Source of the DNA: Gammaproteobacteria bacterium
GTDB lineage: Bacteria > Pseudomonadota > Gammaproteobacteria > Eutrophobiales > Eutrophobiaceae
Assembly (NCBI GenBank): GCA_965221695.1
Contig: OZ244905.1
Span: forward strand, 2,464,001 to 2,528,000
Length of the DNA: 64,000 bases
Direction of reading: 5' to 3'
Shown here in pieces: positions 9,158-19,171 of this stretch. The notes beneath the pieces are model-generated. The model was not told the DNA's origin and made no database searches. It worked only from the letters and a program-made list of their open reading frames with translations. The translations under genes and the position numbers were made by a program. The stretch's first letter is position 1. Each line of letters starts with the position of its first letter.

Positions 9158-10765
9158 TTGTTTCGAATTTCTTGCACTGTGCCACAGACTCCAGCAGATA
9201 AATTTACAGTGGTTGACGATATAGCCGCAATAGTCGGGGCCGAATTTGTTCTGACCGATGAACAGAGTTGCGCGTTTTACTCCCAGGATATCTATACCAA
9301 GGCCCTGCCGGCTCTGGCAGTGGTGCGGCCAGGTTCCGGCGCGCAGGTCGCCGAAGTTGTCGCTGCCGCGACACAACAGGGCCACGCAGTAGTAACACGC
9401 GGCGGCGGTATGTCGTACACCAGCGGCTACGTACCGGCGGAACCGGATACTATTCTGCTCGATATGAGCCGGCTCAACCGGGTGGTAGAGTGTAATACCG
9501 AAGACATGTACGTGACCGTGGAAACGGGTTGCACCTGGAAGGATTTGCGCGAGGCATTGAGCGGAACCGGTTGCCGCACGCCATACTGGGGCACGCTCTC
9601 CGGCATCAAGGCCAGCGTCGGCGGCAGCCTGTCCCAGAACAGCATATTCTGGGGTTCGGGTCGATATGGCAGCGCGGTTGACTCGGCGCTGAGCCTGGAG
9701 GTGGTCCTCGCGGATGGGACCATACTGGATACCGGATCGAACGCCCACAGCAACGGCGCGCCTTTTTTCAGACACTACGGTCCTGATCTCACCGGCCTGT
9801 TTTGCTGTGACACCGGCGCGTTGGGAATTAAAACCAAGGCCACACTGCAACTGGTCCCTGATTTGGCCGCCAATCGCTTTGCTTCTTTTGCCTTTGATGA
9901 TTACCGCGACATGGCCGGGGCAATGAGCGCGATTTCAAGGGCTGACCTTGCAATGGAATGTTTCGGATTCGATCCTTTTCTGCAACGCCAGCGCTTGCAA
10001 CGCGAGAGCCTGTTACGGGATGTAAAATCGCTTGCCGGCGTCATGAAGGCAAGTGGCGGCGTGGTTGCGGCGCTGAAAGACGGCGCACAGACGGCGCTTG
10101 CCGGAAGAGGTTTCATGGATGATGTCGGGTACTCTCTGCATGTTATGGTAGAGGAAAGCGGCGAATCCCTGGCCGATGACCGGCTTGACCGGGTCCGGCA
10201 GATTTGTTCGGATAGCCAGGGTCGGGAGATTGAAAACAGCATCCCTAAAATACTCAGGGCCAATCCGTTTACTCCCTTGAATAATGTTGTCGGCCCCCAT
10301 GGCGAACGCTGGGCGCCGGTGCATGCGCTGGTCCCCCATTCCAAAGCTGTTGCCGTGATTGATGGTGTCGAAAAAATATTCTCGGAACAACGTGAACGCA
10401 TGGACCGGGAGGGTATCGGCGTCGGCTTTTTATTCGCAACGGTATCGACGCATTGCTTCGTGGTTGAACCTGTTTTCTTCTGGCCGGATGCGATGACTGA
10501 AATACACCGGGATACCGTGGAACCGGGCGTGTTGAAAAAACTTCCGGGATTTGAGGAAAACCCGGCAGCGCGTCAGGCGGTCGCGCAGATCAGGGAGAAA
10601 CTGCTCGAATTTTTCTGTGAAACCGGCGCCGCGCACCTGCAAGTCGGCAAGGCCTACCCGTACAAGCAGGGATTAAAACCGGCAAGCTGGGATCTGGTCC
10701 GGCAGGTGAAGCGCGTGCTGGACCCCGATAACCGAATTAACCCCGGCGCGCTGGGTTTGTCCTGA
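9158..10765 (+). CDS. FAD-binding oxidoreductase (VAO/PCMH, D-lactate dehydrogenase-like)
   Basis: VVRP..RGGGMSY..G FAD motif; LEVVLADG; C-terminal KRVLDPDNRINPG. True start may be GTG at 9209. Confidence 0.88.
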   Translation: MFRISCTVPQTPADKFTVVDDIAAIVGAEFVLTDEQSCAFYSQDIYTKALPALAVVRPGSGAQVAEVVAAATQQGHAVVTRGGGMSYTSGYVPAEPDTILLDMSRLNRVVECNTEDMYVTVETGCTWKDLREALSGTGCRTPYWGTLSGIKASVGGSLSQNSIFWGSGRYGSAVDSALSLEVVLADGTILDTGSNAHSNGAPFFRHYGPDLTGLFCCDTGALGIKTKATLQLVPDLAANRFASFAFDDYRDMAGAMSAISRADLAMECFGFDPFLQRQRLQRESLLRDVKSLAGVMKASGGVVAALKDGAQTALAGRGFMDDVGYSLHVMVEESGESLADDRLDRVRQICSDSQGREIENSIPKILRANPFTPLNNVVGPHGERWAPVHALVPHSKAVAVIDGVEKIFSEQRERMDREGIGVGFLFATVSTHCFVVEPVFFWPDAMTEIHRDTVEPGVLKKLPGFEENPAARQAVAQIREKLLEFFCETGAAHLQVGKAYPYKQGLKPASWDLVRQVKRVLDPDNRINPGALGLS

Positions 10766-10800
10766 TAACCGCCAGTTCGCAAGAGGAAGAATATTTGTCG

Positions 10801-10962
10801 AAACCTCATGAACCGATCTCTGCATGCCCCTGTACCACTCCCGCAAAAGCGGGAGTCCAGTCGAATACTGTGTCGCCCAGAGGGCTACCCTTTGTTCCAC
10901 TGGATTCCCGTTTGCACGGGAATGGGATGGGGGCGCAGGTCAGTTAATAAAACTTACTTACA
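10801..10962 (+). repeat. REP-like composite repeat (family A)
   Basis: TACCACTCCCG..GCGGGAGTCCAG...CTGGATTCCCG..CGGGAATGG nested inverted repeats. Confidence 0.85.
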
Positions 10963-11020
10963 TTGCAAAAAAACCAGTGCGGTTACCGTATCCCTGGTGC
11001 GCTAACAGTATCAGTGATCC

Positions 11021-12673
11021 ATGCAAATCAGACAAAATTACATTGACATAGGCAGCGACAAGGCGCCGCAACAGGTCCATTTCCGCACCGCCGGGAGCGG
11101 GCCGGCGCTGGTGATGCTGCATGCCTCGCCCATGTCCTCGGCCGCGTTGGCGCCGTTCATCCGGGTGGCTGCGGAATTCAACACGGTTATCGCGCCCGAT
11201 ACGCCGGGTTACGGCTGGTCCGACCCCATGCGGGAACCGGGCGAAGACCTGAGCGGTTACGTGGCGGCTTTGCATACATTTACCAGCCGTTTGGGCCTGG
11301 ATCGTTTTGGCCTGTACGGGACGGCCACGGGCGCGCAAATCGCGATAGAATTCAGCAAGACCTACAGCGCCATTGTGGATTACCTGATCCTGGACAATGC
11401 CGCGCATTTTACCGACGAAGAAAGGGCGCGCATCGTAGCCGGCTATTTTCCCGACCTGACACCGGAGTTGACCGGCAGTCATTTAACCAGGACCTGGTCG
11501 GTGGCGCGGGACCAGGGTCTGTTCTTTCCCTGGCACCAGACAACTGCCGAGACCCGCTTGCCGGGAGGCGGTGTCAATACCGAGATGACACAGCAGATGG
11601 CCATGGAGTTCCTGCAGGCGGGCAAAGACTATGACCGGGCCTACCGGGCCGCGTTTGCCAACGAAAAAATGGGACGGGTACAGCCCATTACCGTACCCGT
11701 CACCATCATGCGCTGGCAAGGCAGCATCCTGAAACCCTATACCGATCGATTTGACTCGGTGGAATGGCCGGACAATTTCTCCATGCTTCATTGCGGCCCG
11801 ACCCGTGAACAACGAAGCAGCGCGTTCAGGTCCATTGTTACCGAGCAAGCGTCCCGTTCACGGAGCAGCAGTCCCCAACTCAACAGTTCGGACACTACAC
11901 TCAGAACGGGAAAAGGATTTCTTCACCTGGATACGGGACTGTACCATTACTTCTGCGCAGGGGACACGCAACAACCTGCGTTACTGGCCTTGCACAACCT
12001 CGGCAGCTCCCAGCGTTCCCTGGCCGGGCGCGTCGCCGGCCTGTCCGCGCAATACCACACCGTCGTTCCTGACCTGCCGGGACATGGATTATCATTCCGA
12101 CCGGAAACAGGTCAAGCGAGTGTCGATGGGTTGGCCGGCGCGCTGGTTGAACTGGTTGAAGCCCTGGGTTGGAACCGGTTTGCGGTCCTGGCCGAGAAAG
12201 ACAGCGCGGCCATTGCCGTGGAGGTCGCACAACGGCTGGGGCAGTCCATCGAGAAATTGATGTTGGTTAACCCGGTTGATTATGCCGCGCTCTCCGATGA
12301 ATGGGAACTCGAAGAGTTTTGCCCTGATTTCATACCGGAGACCGACGGCTCGCATCTGCTGAAGACCTGGCACTGGTTACGGGACCGGCAATTGTTCTGG
12401 CCCTGGTATGCCAGAGACGCCGGCCATGCGCTGGCCGGTCAATGCAACCTGGATGCGGATTACCTCACTGCGCGCGTCACGGAATTCTGGCAGGCGCAGC
12501 CTGTAGTGAGCGAGCTGCGGCATGAGCTGATGAGTTATCCTCTGACAACGCGACTGGAGCGATTGGATTGCGCGGTGGAACTTTGCCTGACGGAAACAGA
12601 ACCACTGCTGGAGGTAGCCCGGCGCAGCCTGGCAGACCAGCGTTTTGACCTGCGCCCCATACCGTTCCCGTGA
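11021..12673 (+). CDS. Tandem two-domain alpha/beta-hydrolase-fold protein
   Basis: MLHASP..APDTPGYGWSD and LHNLG..VPDLPGHGLS; GSHL..W...RD..LFxPW occurs twice; elbow reads GTATG. Confidence 0.85.
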   Translation: MQIRQNYIDIGSDKAPQQVHFRTAGSGPALVMLHASPMSSAALAPFIRVAAEFNTVIAPDTPGYGWSDPMREPGEDLSGYVAALHTFTSRLGLDRFGLYGTATGAQIAIEFSKTYSAIVDYLILDNAAHFTDEERARIVAGYFPDLTPELTGSHLTRTWSVARDQGLFFPWHQTTAETRLPGGGVNTEMTQQMAMEFLQAGKDYDRAYRAAFANEKMGRVQPITVPVTIMRWQGSILKPYTDRFDSVEWPDNFSMLHCGPTREQRSSAFRSIVTEQASRSRSSSPQLNSSDTTLRTGKGFLHLDTGLYHYFCAGDTQQPALLALHNLGSSQRSLAGRVAGLSAQYHTVVPDLPGHGLSFRPETGQASVDGLAGALVELVEALGWNRFAVLAEKDSAAIAVEVAQRLGQSIEKLMLVNPVDYAALSDEWELEEFCPDFIPETDGSHLLKTWHWLRDRQLFWPWYARDAGHALAGQCNLDADYLTARVTEFWQAQPVVSELRHELMSYPLTTRLERLDCAVELCLTETEPLLEVARRSLADQRFDLRPIPFP

Positions 12674-12797
12674 AAACGGGAATCCAGAGAAAAAACGGGT
12701 CGCCCTCCGGGCGACACAGAATTTAAGAGGAATGGACTGGCCTGTGCCAATAGTTATATACAATCGGACCTGCATAGTTCTGATCATGAAGGTTTAG
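12646..12797 (-). repeat. Family A repeat overlapping the 3' end of the hydrolase gene
   Basis: Reverse complement of the 10801 and 30491 copies, ending CTGATCATGAAGGTTT. Confidence 0.8.
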
Positions 12798-12811
12798 AGG
12801 AGGAAATTAAG

Positions 12812-13315
12812 ATGTCACTGAGAGAAAAAATGCCGCTGCTGGCGCGTCACGAAGGCGTGTGGGACGGCGTTTACCGTTATTTTGACAAGGACGGGAACAA
12901 GATCGATGAACACAAATCCAGGGTGCTGTGCCGCATGATCGGCGCTGACGATTACCATCAGACCAACTATTATTTCTGGGCGGACGGCAGGAAAGACAAC
13001 CGGGATTTCCCGGCTATAGTCAAGCAGGACCGCCTCGTGTTTTATACTGAAATTACCGGCTGGGCGGCGGAAGTGCCGTTGGATGAGAACAGCAGGACCA
13101 TCATGCTGCACTGGACTCGAAATAATGAACCGGGTCTGTATCTCTACGAGATGATTCAAATCAGCGACTGCGGGCAATACCGGGCCAGGGTCTGGCAATG
13201 GTTTCGAGAAGGACAGTTGTTGAAACGAACGCTGGTTGACGAGCAGCGCGTGAGCAAAGACTGGCAAGGCTATGAAAACAAGGCGGTGGCATATGACGAT
13301 GTTGCCGTTTTCTGA
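12812..13315 (+). CDS. Putative beta-barrel protein (DUF3598/CpcS-like, calycin/FABP-type)
   Basis: RBS GAGGAGG; N-terminal HEGVWDG (calycin GxW), alternating beta strands, YEMIQIS..RARVWQWF..G.L..RTLVDE.R. Confidence 0.55.
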   Translation: MSLREKMPLLARHEGVWDGVYRYFDKDGNKIDEHKSRVLCRMIGADDYHQTNYYFWADGRKDNRDFPAIVKQDRLVFYTEITGWAAEVPLDENSRTIMLHWTRNNEPGLYLYEMIQISDCGQYRARVWQWFREGQLLKRTLVDEQRVSKDWQGYENKAVAYDDVAVF

Positions 13316-13405
13316 TTACAATATATGCTTGCTGACACGATCGCACAGAGGTAATTCGGGAAAATGATTCCATTCCCGGCTATTCCATAGAAACAGAGGT
13401 GGACC

Positions 13406-13696
13406 ATGACTTTTAAAAATCTTTTTATCGACCATGAACGCAGCAAGGAGGAGCAAGAATGGGTAAGCGAGGAACTTGCAGAACAGGAGCAACGCTACGC
13501 AAAAATCGACAAGCACCTGAACGACCTGGCGCCGACGCGGGCAAAATGGTACGAAGAATTCTTCGACCGGATTTCCCTGCGCGGCTTTAATGCCGACGGC
13601 GACCAGAAGGTGAAGATCAAACGGGAAAACCTGCCGGCAAAGCCGGAAGGAAGGGAAGACCGGGTGCTCTGGAAGTACGGGGCAGAAAGCGAATAA
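13406..13696 (+). CDS. Hypothetical protein
   Basis: RBS GAGGTGG; 96 aa; operonic with the downstream cupin. Confidence 0.7.
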   Translation: MTFKNLFIDHERSKEEQEWVSEELAEQEQRYAKIDKHLNDLAPTRAKWYEEFFDRISLRGFNADGDQKVKIKRENLPAKPEGREDRVLWKYGAESE

Positions 13697-13716
13697 ACTA
13701 AGACAGGAGAAATATT

Positions 13717-14697
13717 ATGGCGCGTCCACACATAGAACCCTTTGTAGACCGTGATGTTGGATTCAAGAACATGCTGTTACCGGGCTTCGGCCGGGGCATG
13801 CACTACAAGATGCTGAGCATGGATACCGATACCGGCGCTTGCACGATGACGGTGCAATTGGACGGCGGTTACAGCCAGGTTCCGGGCTTTTCCTGGTCGG
13901 AATGGGAGATGATCGTTATTGAGGGAGAACTGCAACTGGATGAGCGGACAGTACGCAAGGGCCATTACTTCTATGTCCCGGCAGGGTATGCCATGCCCGC
14001 AATCAAGTCAGAAAAGGGCGCATTGGCGCTGATGATGTACAACACCGGCGAACCCAGCCTGGTTGAGTCAACCGAACATCATCACCTTGCCCACACAAAT
14101 TTATACCATGACGTCGACTCCTACCTGGACATCATCTGGGAGCCGGGCAACATCGTCAAACCCGCAGTGGCTTCCGGCGTGATGATCAAGCTGCTGAACT
14201 ACAATCCGATTTCCCATGCGATGACGTTCCTGTACTGCATGACGCCGGCGTTTTACCAGGACAACATTTCCTACCATGACTGCGCGGAGGAATCGTACCA
14301 CCTGTGGGGTACGTCCTGGATGATGCAATTCGGCGATATCCCCACCGGCGGCTATTTCTGGCGCCCGGCATACATTAACCATGGCGCGTTCGCGTCGGAA
14401 TTCGGCTGTATCGCGCTGGGCAGGGTCGATTCGAAACTGTTCAACTACTTCCACTACAATCCCTGGTCCACGCCAAAGGAAAACCAGTGCCGCGCGGCGG
14501 CACGGGTCTACCAACGTGACCCGTTACTGTACAAGTGGATGGTCAGCTACTCCCACAACCACCCCCACGGCCCGGAAGACTTCGAGCAAACGCAAGCGTT
14601 ACGCGGCCCGGACTTTCTGGACAACGAACCGGACACCGACGGCCACAAACACAGCCACTGGCATACGCACAAGCACCATCATCATTCCCATGATTGA
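13717..14697 (+). CDS. Bicupin (DUF4437-like) protein with His-rich tail
   Basis: YHDCAEESY and GGYFWRPAYINHG cupin motifs; tail HKHSHWHTHKHHHHSHD. Confidence 0.72.
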   Translation: MARPHIEPFVDRDVGFKNMLLPGFGRGMHYKMLSMDTDTGACTMTVQLDGGYSQVPGFSWSEWEMIVIEGELQLDERTVRKGHYFYVPAGYAMPAIKSEKGALALMMYNTGEPSLVESTEHHHLAHTNLYHDVDSYLDIIWEPGNIVKPAVASGVMIKLLNYNPISHAMTFLYCMTPAFYQDNISYHDCAEESYHLWGTSWMMQFGDIPTGGYFWRPAYINHGAFASEFGCIALGRVDSKLFNYFHYNPWSTPKENQCRAAARVYQRDPLLYKWMVSYSHNHPHGPEDFEQTQALRGPDFLDNEPDTDGHKHSHWHTHKHHHHSHD

Positions 14698-14712
14698 GCC
14701 GTGACCTGGAAC

Positions 14713-14777
14713 TTAGCCCGCATTTGACAGCAATCATGTTGCCGGCAGCAATATGCAGCCTGATAAATGCGGGTTAG
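14713..14777. repeat. Inverted-repeat hairpin between convergent genes
   Basis: TAGCCCGCATTT ... AAATGCGGGTTA with an internal stem. Confidence 0.55.
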
Positions 14778-14819
14778 GCGCTTTAACGGTAGCGCATCAC
14801 AGCCGAGTGGAGTCCTGGA

Positions 14820-15122
14820 TCATATTTTCTCAAGCATCAGGCGATAGCCCAAAGCATGAATAACTGCATTGATATTATCCAGGCGCGGGTTCCCTTTGGG
14901 GGAAAGCGCTTTTTGCAATCCCTGCCTGGACATCCCTGTTTCTGCCGCAAGTAATGAGATACCTTTTAGCTTGGCTATAACTCGCAGTGAGGCAAGTAAC
15001 GAACCAGAATCTCCATCCTGCGCATATTCGTCAAAGATTTCTGACAGGTAAGCATCCACCTCATCAGGGTGCCTGCGAAAGTAATCTTCCTCAAGATTGT
15101 CAAAAGTTCTCAACTCACTCAT
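14820..15122 (-). CDS. Addiction-module antidote (HTH antitoxin)
   Basis: AYLSEIF..LRVIAK..GISLLAAETGMSRQGL.KALS..GNPRL. Confidence 0.88.
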   Translation of the reverse strand: MSELRTFDNLEEDYFRRHPDEVDAYLSEIFDEYAQDGDSGSLLASLRVIAKLKGISLLAAETGMSRQGLQKALSPKGNPRLDNINAVIHALGYRLMLEKI

Positions 15123-15459
15123 TGGACTTGTATTTTTCCCAGTACTGTAATGCTACCCGGATATCTTTTTCCTGGCTGTTTTTGTCACCACCAGCCAATA
15201 ATACGATAAGCGAATTCCCATCTTTGCCGAAATAAATTCTATAACCAGGACCGAAAAACAAACGCAATTCATATAAACGCCCCTTGATATGTTTAGCGTC
15301 ACCGAGATTTCCTTGTTCCAGCCGTCTGAGTCTCATGATTATCCGGCGCCGATCTCTACCATCTTTTACTCCATTAAGCCAAATGGTAAAAGGTTCCCTT
15401 CCGTTACTATTCTTATAAATAAGAAGCGTTTTTGTCCTTGAGTTTCCTGGCATGTCCAT
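15115..15459 (-). CDS. RelE/ParE-type addiction-module killer protein
   Basis: PFTIWL..RLRRLEQGNLGD..ELRLFFGPGYRIYF..LLAGGDK.SQ.KDI; overlaps the antitoxin. Confidence 0.9.
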   Translation of the reverse strand: MDMPGNSRTKTLLIYKNSNGREPFTIWLNGVKDGRDRRRIIMRLRRLEQGNLGDAKHIKGRLYELRLFFGPGYRIYFGKDGNSLIVLLAGGDKNSQEKDIRVALQYWEKYKSNE

Positions 15460-15751
15460 ATTGTCCGATGGCAGTCATGCAAACTATAGTAGGCGTTACA
15501 TCTTATTTCAAGAAGAATCTTCCTTTGCTGGAACAACCCTCATATTTCAAGCTTTCAAGTTGATATACATTGCGTTTTCAATCGGCAAATTGGGAATCTA
15601 TATGCTCTTGTCGTAGGTGACCTGACGCCAGACGTAACCGGTCGCCCGTCTGTTCGTTGTTATGCAGGATCTTGGCCTTCCCTAATCAGCCGCAAACTGG
15701 CATGTTGTCATGGTAAAGTGGTTGTCCAGAATTGACCTGAGGAGAAATTTC

Positions 15752-16054
15752 ATGCTCGTATCCGTTTATTGCAAAGACGCGCCGGGCGGCGCTGAACCCA
15801 GGCAAAGTAAACTATCGGAACACTTTGCGCACATTGAAGAGATTGAGGAAAAAATCAAGGTGGCAGGCCCGGTGATGGGCCCTGACGGAAAAGGTCCGGT
15901 AGCCAGCCTACTGATATTCGAGGTCGATAGCCTTGATGAAGCAACACAAATGATACACGCCGATCCATATTACCAGGCCGGTGTCTGGCAGGAAGTCAAC
16001 ATACAGAAGTTTAAAGGCGTAGTAGGCAGTTGGGTAGGCGGGAAAACCTGGTAA
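15752..16054 (+). CDS. YciI family protein
   Basis: RBS GAGGAG; R....EHFAH, VAGP, SLLIFE, ADPYYQAG. Confidence 0.85.
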   Translation: MLVSVYCKDAPGGAEPRQSKLSEHFAHIEEIEEKIKVAGPVMGPDGKGPVASLLIFEVDSLDEATQMIHADPYYQAGVWQEVNIQKFKGVVGSWVGGKTW

Positions 16055-16299
16055 GTCGTCAGCGTATATCTTGCGAGCAAGGATGAATACTCTTACCTAA
16101 GATAGAACCTTTTCGATCCAAAGATTACATCTGGCTGACGCCCGTATGAATGGGATATTTCAACTCCCTGAAAACTTACTATTCCAAGCAAGTGCTGATA
16201 AGTCATAAATCTGATTTCGTAGTACCCACTTTTATCAGTTCAGAAACGCCAAGGGAGGATTCAACCTCTGCCCCCTCATTAGAGGTGAAATGGTAATGA

Positions 16300-17349
16300 T
16301 TATGGGGTGAGCACTCTGATCACACGAAACCCGATGTCGATGTTCCGGAGGTCGGACATGAACCCGCCGCGCCACGCCGATCGCAGGTTCCTCGGACTCC
16401 AGAGCCAGGAACCGCCACGCAAGACGCGGTATCCACATTCATCGTACTCCCAAGCACTACCATCATTCGGCGCTCCTTCATAACTGTTATGCCAGCAATC
16501 CTGCACCCATTCCCAGACATTGCCATGCACATCATGCAAACCAAAATCATTAGCCATAAAACTCCCTACCTCTACAGTCTCCTGCCTGTATAATCCTCTA
16601 CCCAAATAACTGCCATAACTACCCAGTCCCCGAAAATTCGCATGTTCAGGCGTGATGCTTTCACCCGTATGGAAAGGGGTCGTTGTGCCCGCTCGCGCCA
16701 TGTATTCCCATTCCGACTCACTTGGTAGACGATAAGGATGCCCAGTCTTCTCACTAAGCCACTGTACATATTCTTGTGCATCCTCCCAAATCACATGTAT
16801 CACCGGACGACGACCTCGGCCCCAACCTTCATCATGCGGAGTGTGACTGCACCCTCCGGCAGACACGCACGCATCCCACTCGGCAAATGTAATCTCGTAT
16901 TTGCCTACGGCGAAAGAGTAAGCAATCCTTACTTGATGCACCGGGCGTTCGACATCGCCACTCTCCTCCTCCCACTCCGGCGCGCCCATCATGAATGCGC
17001 CGGGAGGTATCACAACCAACTCCGGACACTCCGAGCAATCTTGAAATGTGTCGCCAGGCTGGTAGGAAATCTCACCGGTTGTGTTGTTCCCTGTCACGCT
17101 TTCTAATTCTGATCTGCCCGCCTCAGGAGCGCCCCCTGCGAGTGCGCTTTTTCTTGTCACCTCGATCAGCTTCGGTAACAGTGTTTCCAACAACGTCAAA
17201 CAGCCTGGATATTGTTTAAAAGTCTCTTCTGCCGTCAATTCTGTCGTTTCCGGGCAAGGGGTGTCATGCGCCATTACCAAGGAACCGGGCAGTGAGATTA
17301 CTAAGACGAATAGGACAAAACTGACACAACGAATTGAAAATTTAATCAT
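16300..17349 (-). CDS. Secreted FGE-sulfatase (SUMF1-like) domain protein
   Basis: FQDCSECPELVVIP.G.FMMG, YRLPSESEWEY, NDFGLHDVHGNVWEWVQD, RGGSW, GFRV. Confidence 0.92.
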   Translation of the reverse strand: MIKFSIRCVSFVLFVLVISLPGSLVMAHDTPCPETTELTAEETFKQYPGCLTLLETLLPKLIEVTRKSALAGGAPEAGRSELESVTGNNTTGEISYQPGDTFQDCSECPELVVIPPGAFMMGAPEWEEESGDVERPVHQVRIAYSFAVGKYEITFAEWDACVSAGGCSHTPHDEGWGRGRRPVIHVIWEDAQEYVQWLSEKTGHPYRLPSESEWEYMARAGTTTPFHTGESITPEHANFRGLGSYGSYLGRGLYRQETVEVGSFMANDFGLHDVHGNVWEWVQDCWHNSYEGAPNDGSAWEYDECGYRVLRGGSWLWSPRNLRSAWRGGFMSDLRNIDIGFRVIRVLTP

Positions 17350-17354
17350 TGCGG

Positions 17355-17397
17355 ATAGGTACGGTTGGTTGCGGTCAGCTTGCTCAAAGTTTTACAT
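17355..17397 (+). repeat. 43-bp direct repeat, copy 1
   Basis: 35/43 identical to 18812-18854; core GGTCAGCTTG..CAAAGTTTTACAT. Confidence 0.7.
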
Positions 17398-17697
17398 CTG
17401 AATTTCGCATCGGAGCTGCCAATATCGAACAATGTATAGTATCACCAAATCAGGTTATCGATTAAAATACCTATACAGAAGCTAAGTCCGACAGGGTGTC
17501 AGAAAGACAATAACCAGTTCAATCAAAAAATCTAGAAGATGGCAAGATACAAACAACGGAATAAGAACGACAAGACCATGTCCGGGTTTACGTAAATCTG
17601 AGGAAGCTATGTGGTTGTGAAGAAACAAAATAAGAACATTATTGTAAACTATTGGGAACAACCTATTGCGGCAGACGTGTATGGGATCTTTGTAATT

Positions 17698-18096
17698 ATG
17701 CGAACTGTCTTCCTGATAGCGTTCCTACTCCTAATAAGCGGGTGTTTACTAAGCACCACTCTCAAATCGCCTACGCTCGTGAAATGGGAAGAAACAAAAG
17801 TAGTACTTGATACCGAATGTAGGGATACTGAAAAATGGTGGGAGACATGTAAGAGCCGTTTTAGTAAAGAGGAAGCGCTGAGCTTGGCGCAAAAATATTG
17901 TGAACTCTCAAATCGCACTGCACATCCGGAATACTATTGGGATTGTGCTGATACGTACTCTCGGACAGCATGCGTGACCAGCGAAGAAATTTTGACATAT
18001 CCAGGAGGCCCGAAGGAAAGGACAGTGTGTACTACAAGCGATGCCTGCGAAAACTATGTCATGGTTTACAACTGCATCCCCGAACCTCAGGATTGA
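17698..18096 (+). CDS. Cys-rich putative lipoprotein
   Basis: MRTVFLIAFLLLISGC lipobox; multiple Cys; low GC. Confidence 0.65.
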   Translation: MRTVFLIAFLLLISGCLLSTTLKSPTLVKWEETKVVLDTECRDTEKWWETCKSRFSKEEALSLAQKYCELSNRTAHPEYYWDCADTYSRTACVTSEEILTYPGGPKERTVCTTSDACENYVMVYNCIPEPQD

Positions 18097-18099
18097 TGA

Positions 18100-18556
18100 G
18101 AGTCTGACCGAGTGTCCGCTCTTTATTCCCGTGCCACACAAACCAGAACACCTCACATGTGCCCGCGAGGGTGAAGGCAATCGTGCATGGAGTGCTCAAG
18201 GCGGCGCAACATCACTTGCGGCTGGATTATCGGAAACTGTTTGGATACTGACCCGTATACAGCACAAAATTAGAAACTACATCCCTATACATTTCACGTG
18301 GTCACCCTTCATACAATCAAACGCAGGTCTTTTTCTCTGGGAAGCATTTGTCAGCGGCGAGTCAAAGACTGACACCCACACTGGTGATGCTGAGCTTGCT
18401 GTTAATCAGTTTTACAGGTATCTGCCTGATCCAGAAACTCACAATGCCATAACTTGCGCTAATCCGCGCTCATTAATTGGCGCTGCGATATTGCAAGCGG
18501 GTTTATCAGATGATGTGTCATTACTCAATAAGGCATGTTTAGTGATTCGCGGATAA
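18100..18556 (+). pseudogene. 5'-truncated hypothetical gene
   Basis: Protein-like frame (ECPLFIPVP..REGEGNRAWSA..LWEAFVSG) with no plausible start or RBS; abuts the upstream stop. Confidence 0.45.
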
Positions 18557-18594
18557 ATTGGCTGTCACTGGAAAACAAGCAACGGAGGTAGGTA

Positions 18595-18798
18595 ATGAAT
18601 GAGAATGATTCAAACAGTAACGGACAGGTCTTGATCAAAAAAACGACACAGCCATCCCCCAATTTTAGAGTGCAGAAAATTTGGGAAATGGAATGTAAAC
18701 ACTGCCAACATAGGTATGGAGCGAATGGATGCGATGCCCATGAGCGCAGGTGTCCGAATTGTCAAGGTGGGGCAGATGGATTCGTTGTAACAACCTAG
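18595..18798 (+). CDS. Small putative zinc-ribbon protein
   Basis: RBS GGAGG; CKHC..YGANG..RRCPNCQGG. Confidence 0.7.
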   Translation: MNENDSNSNGQVLIKKTTQPSPNFRVQKIWEMECKHCQHRYGANGCDAHERRCPNCQGGADGFVVTT

Positions 18799-18811
18799 GC
18801 AAATTATTAAT

Positions 18812-18854
18812 ATAGATGCGGCTGGCTATGGTCAGCTTGGACAAAGTTTTACAT
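18812..18854 (+). repeat. 43-bp direct repeat, copy 2
   Basis: Pairs with 17355-17397. Confidence 0.7.
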
Positions 18855-18872
18855 TAATTATGAAGGACAGAC

Positions 18873-19139
18873 ATGAGTTATTTTATCGAGCTTATATTGT
18901 TTATAGCCATCATAGTCTGGTTAACCCTGTGGCTTGTGCCATTGGAAACCTATCTCAGCTTTAATCGGAACACAGATGGTAAAGCCGTATACCTGGAGAA
19001 GAGGAATATGTTCGGGTCATGGGAGAAGACATCCCTCTTTTTTGGTTACTACAACAATTTATCAGCATGCTCGGACTTTAAAAATACATACACAAAAAAG
19101 TACTATGCTGACCAGTATCGATGCACATATGTCGAATAG
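18873..19139 (+). CDS. Small membrane-anchored hypothetical protein
   Basis: RBS GAAGGA; N-terminal TM helix; 88 aa. Confidence 0.55.
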   Translation: MSYFIELILFIAIIVWLTLWLVPLETYLSFNRNTDGKAVYLEKRNMFGSWEKTSLFFGYYNNLSACSDFKNTYTKKYYADQYRCTYVE

Positions 19140-19171
19140 CTCATTGAGCGGAATCTCACGAAAATTTGCTG

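Noticed and set aside
6532-13315. Phycobilisome biogenesis locus
   Set aside because: No cpc/cpe/apc subunits, linkers or bilin reductases in the window, and the lyase-like protein is predicted to be exported.
14711-14779. Possible integron attC (ends GTTAGGC)
   Set aside because: The left end is ACTTAGC rather than RYYYAAC, the spacer region is fully paired, there is no integrase, and neighbouring ORFs lack similar sites.
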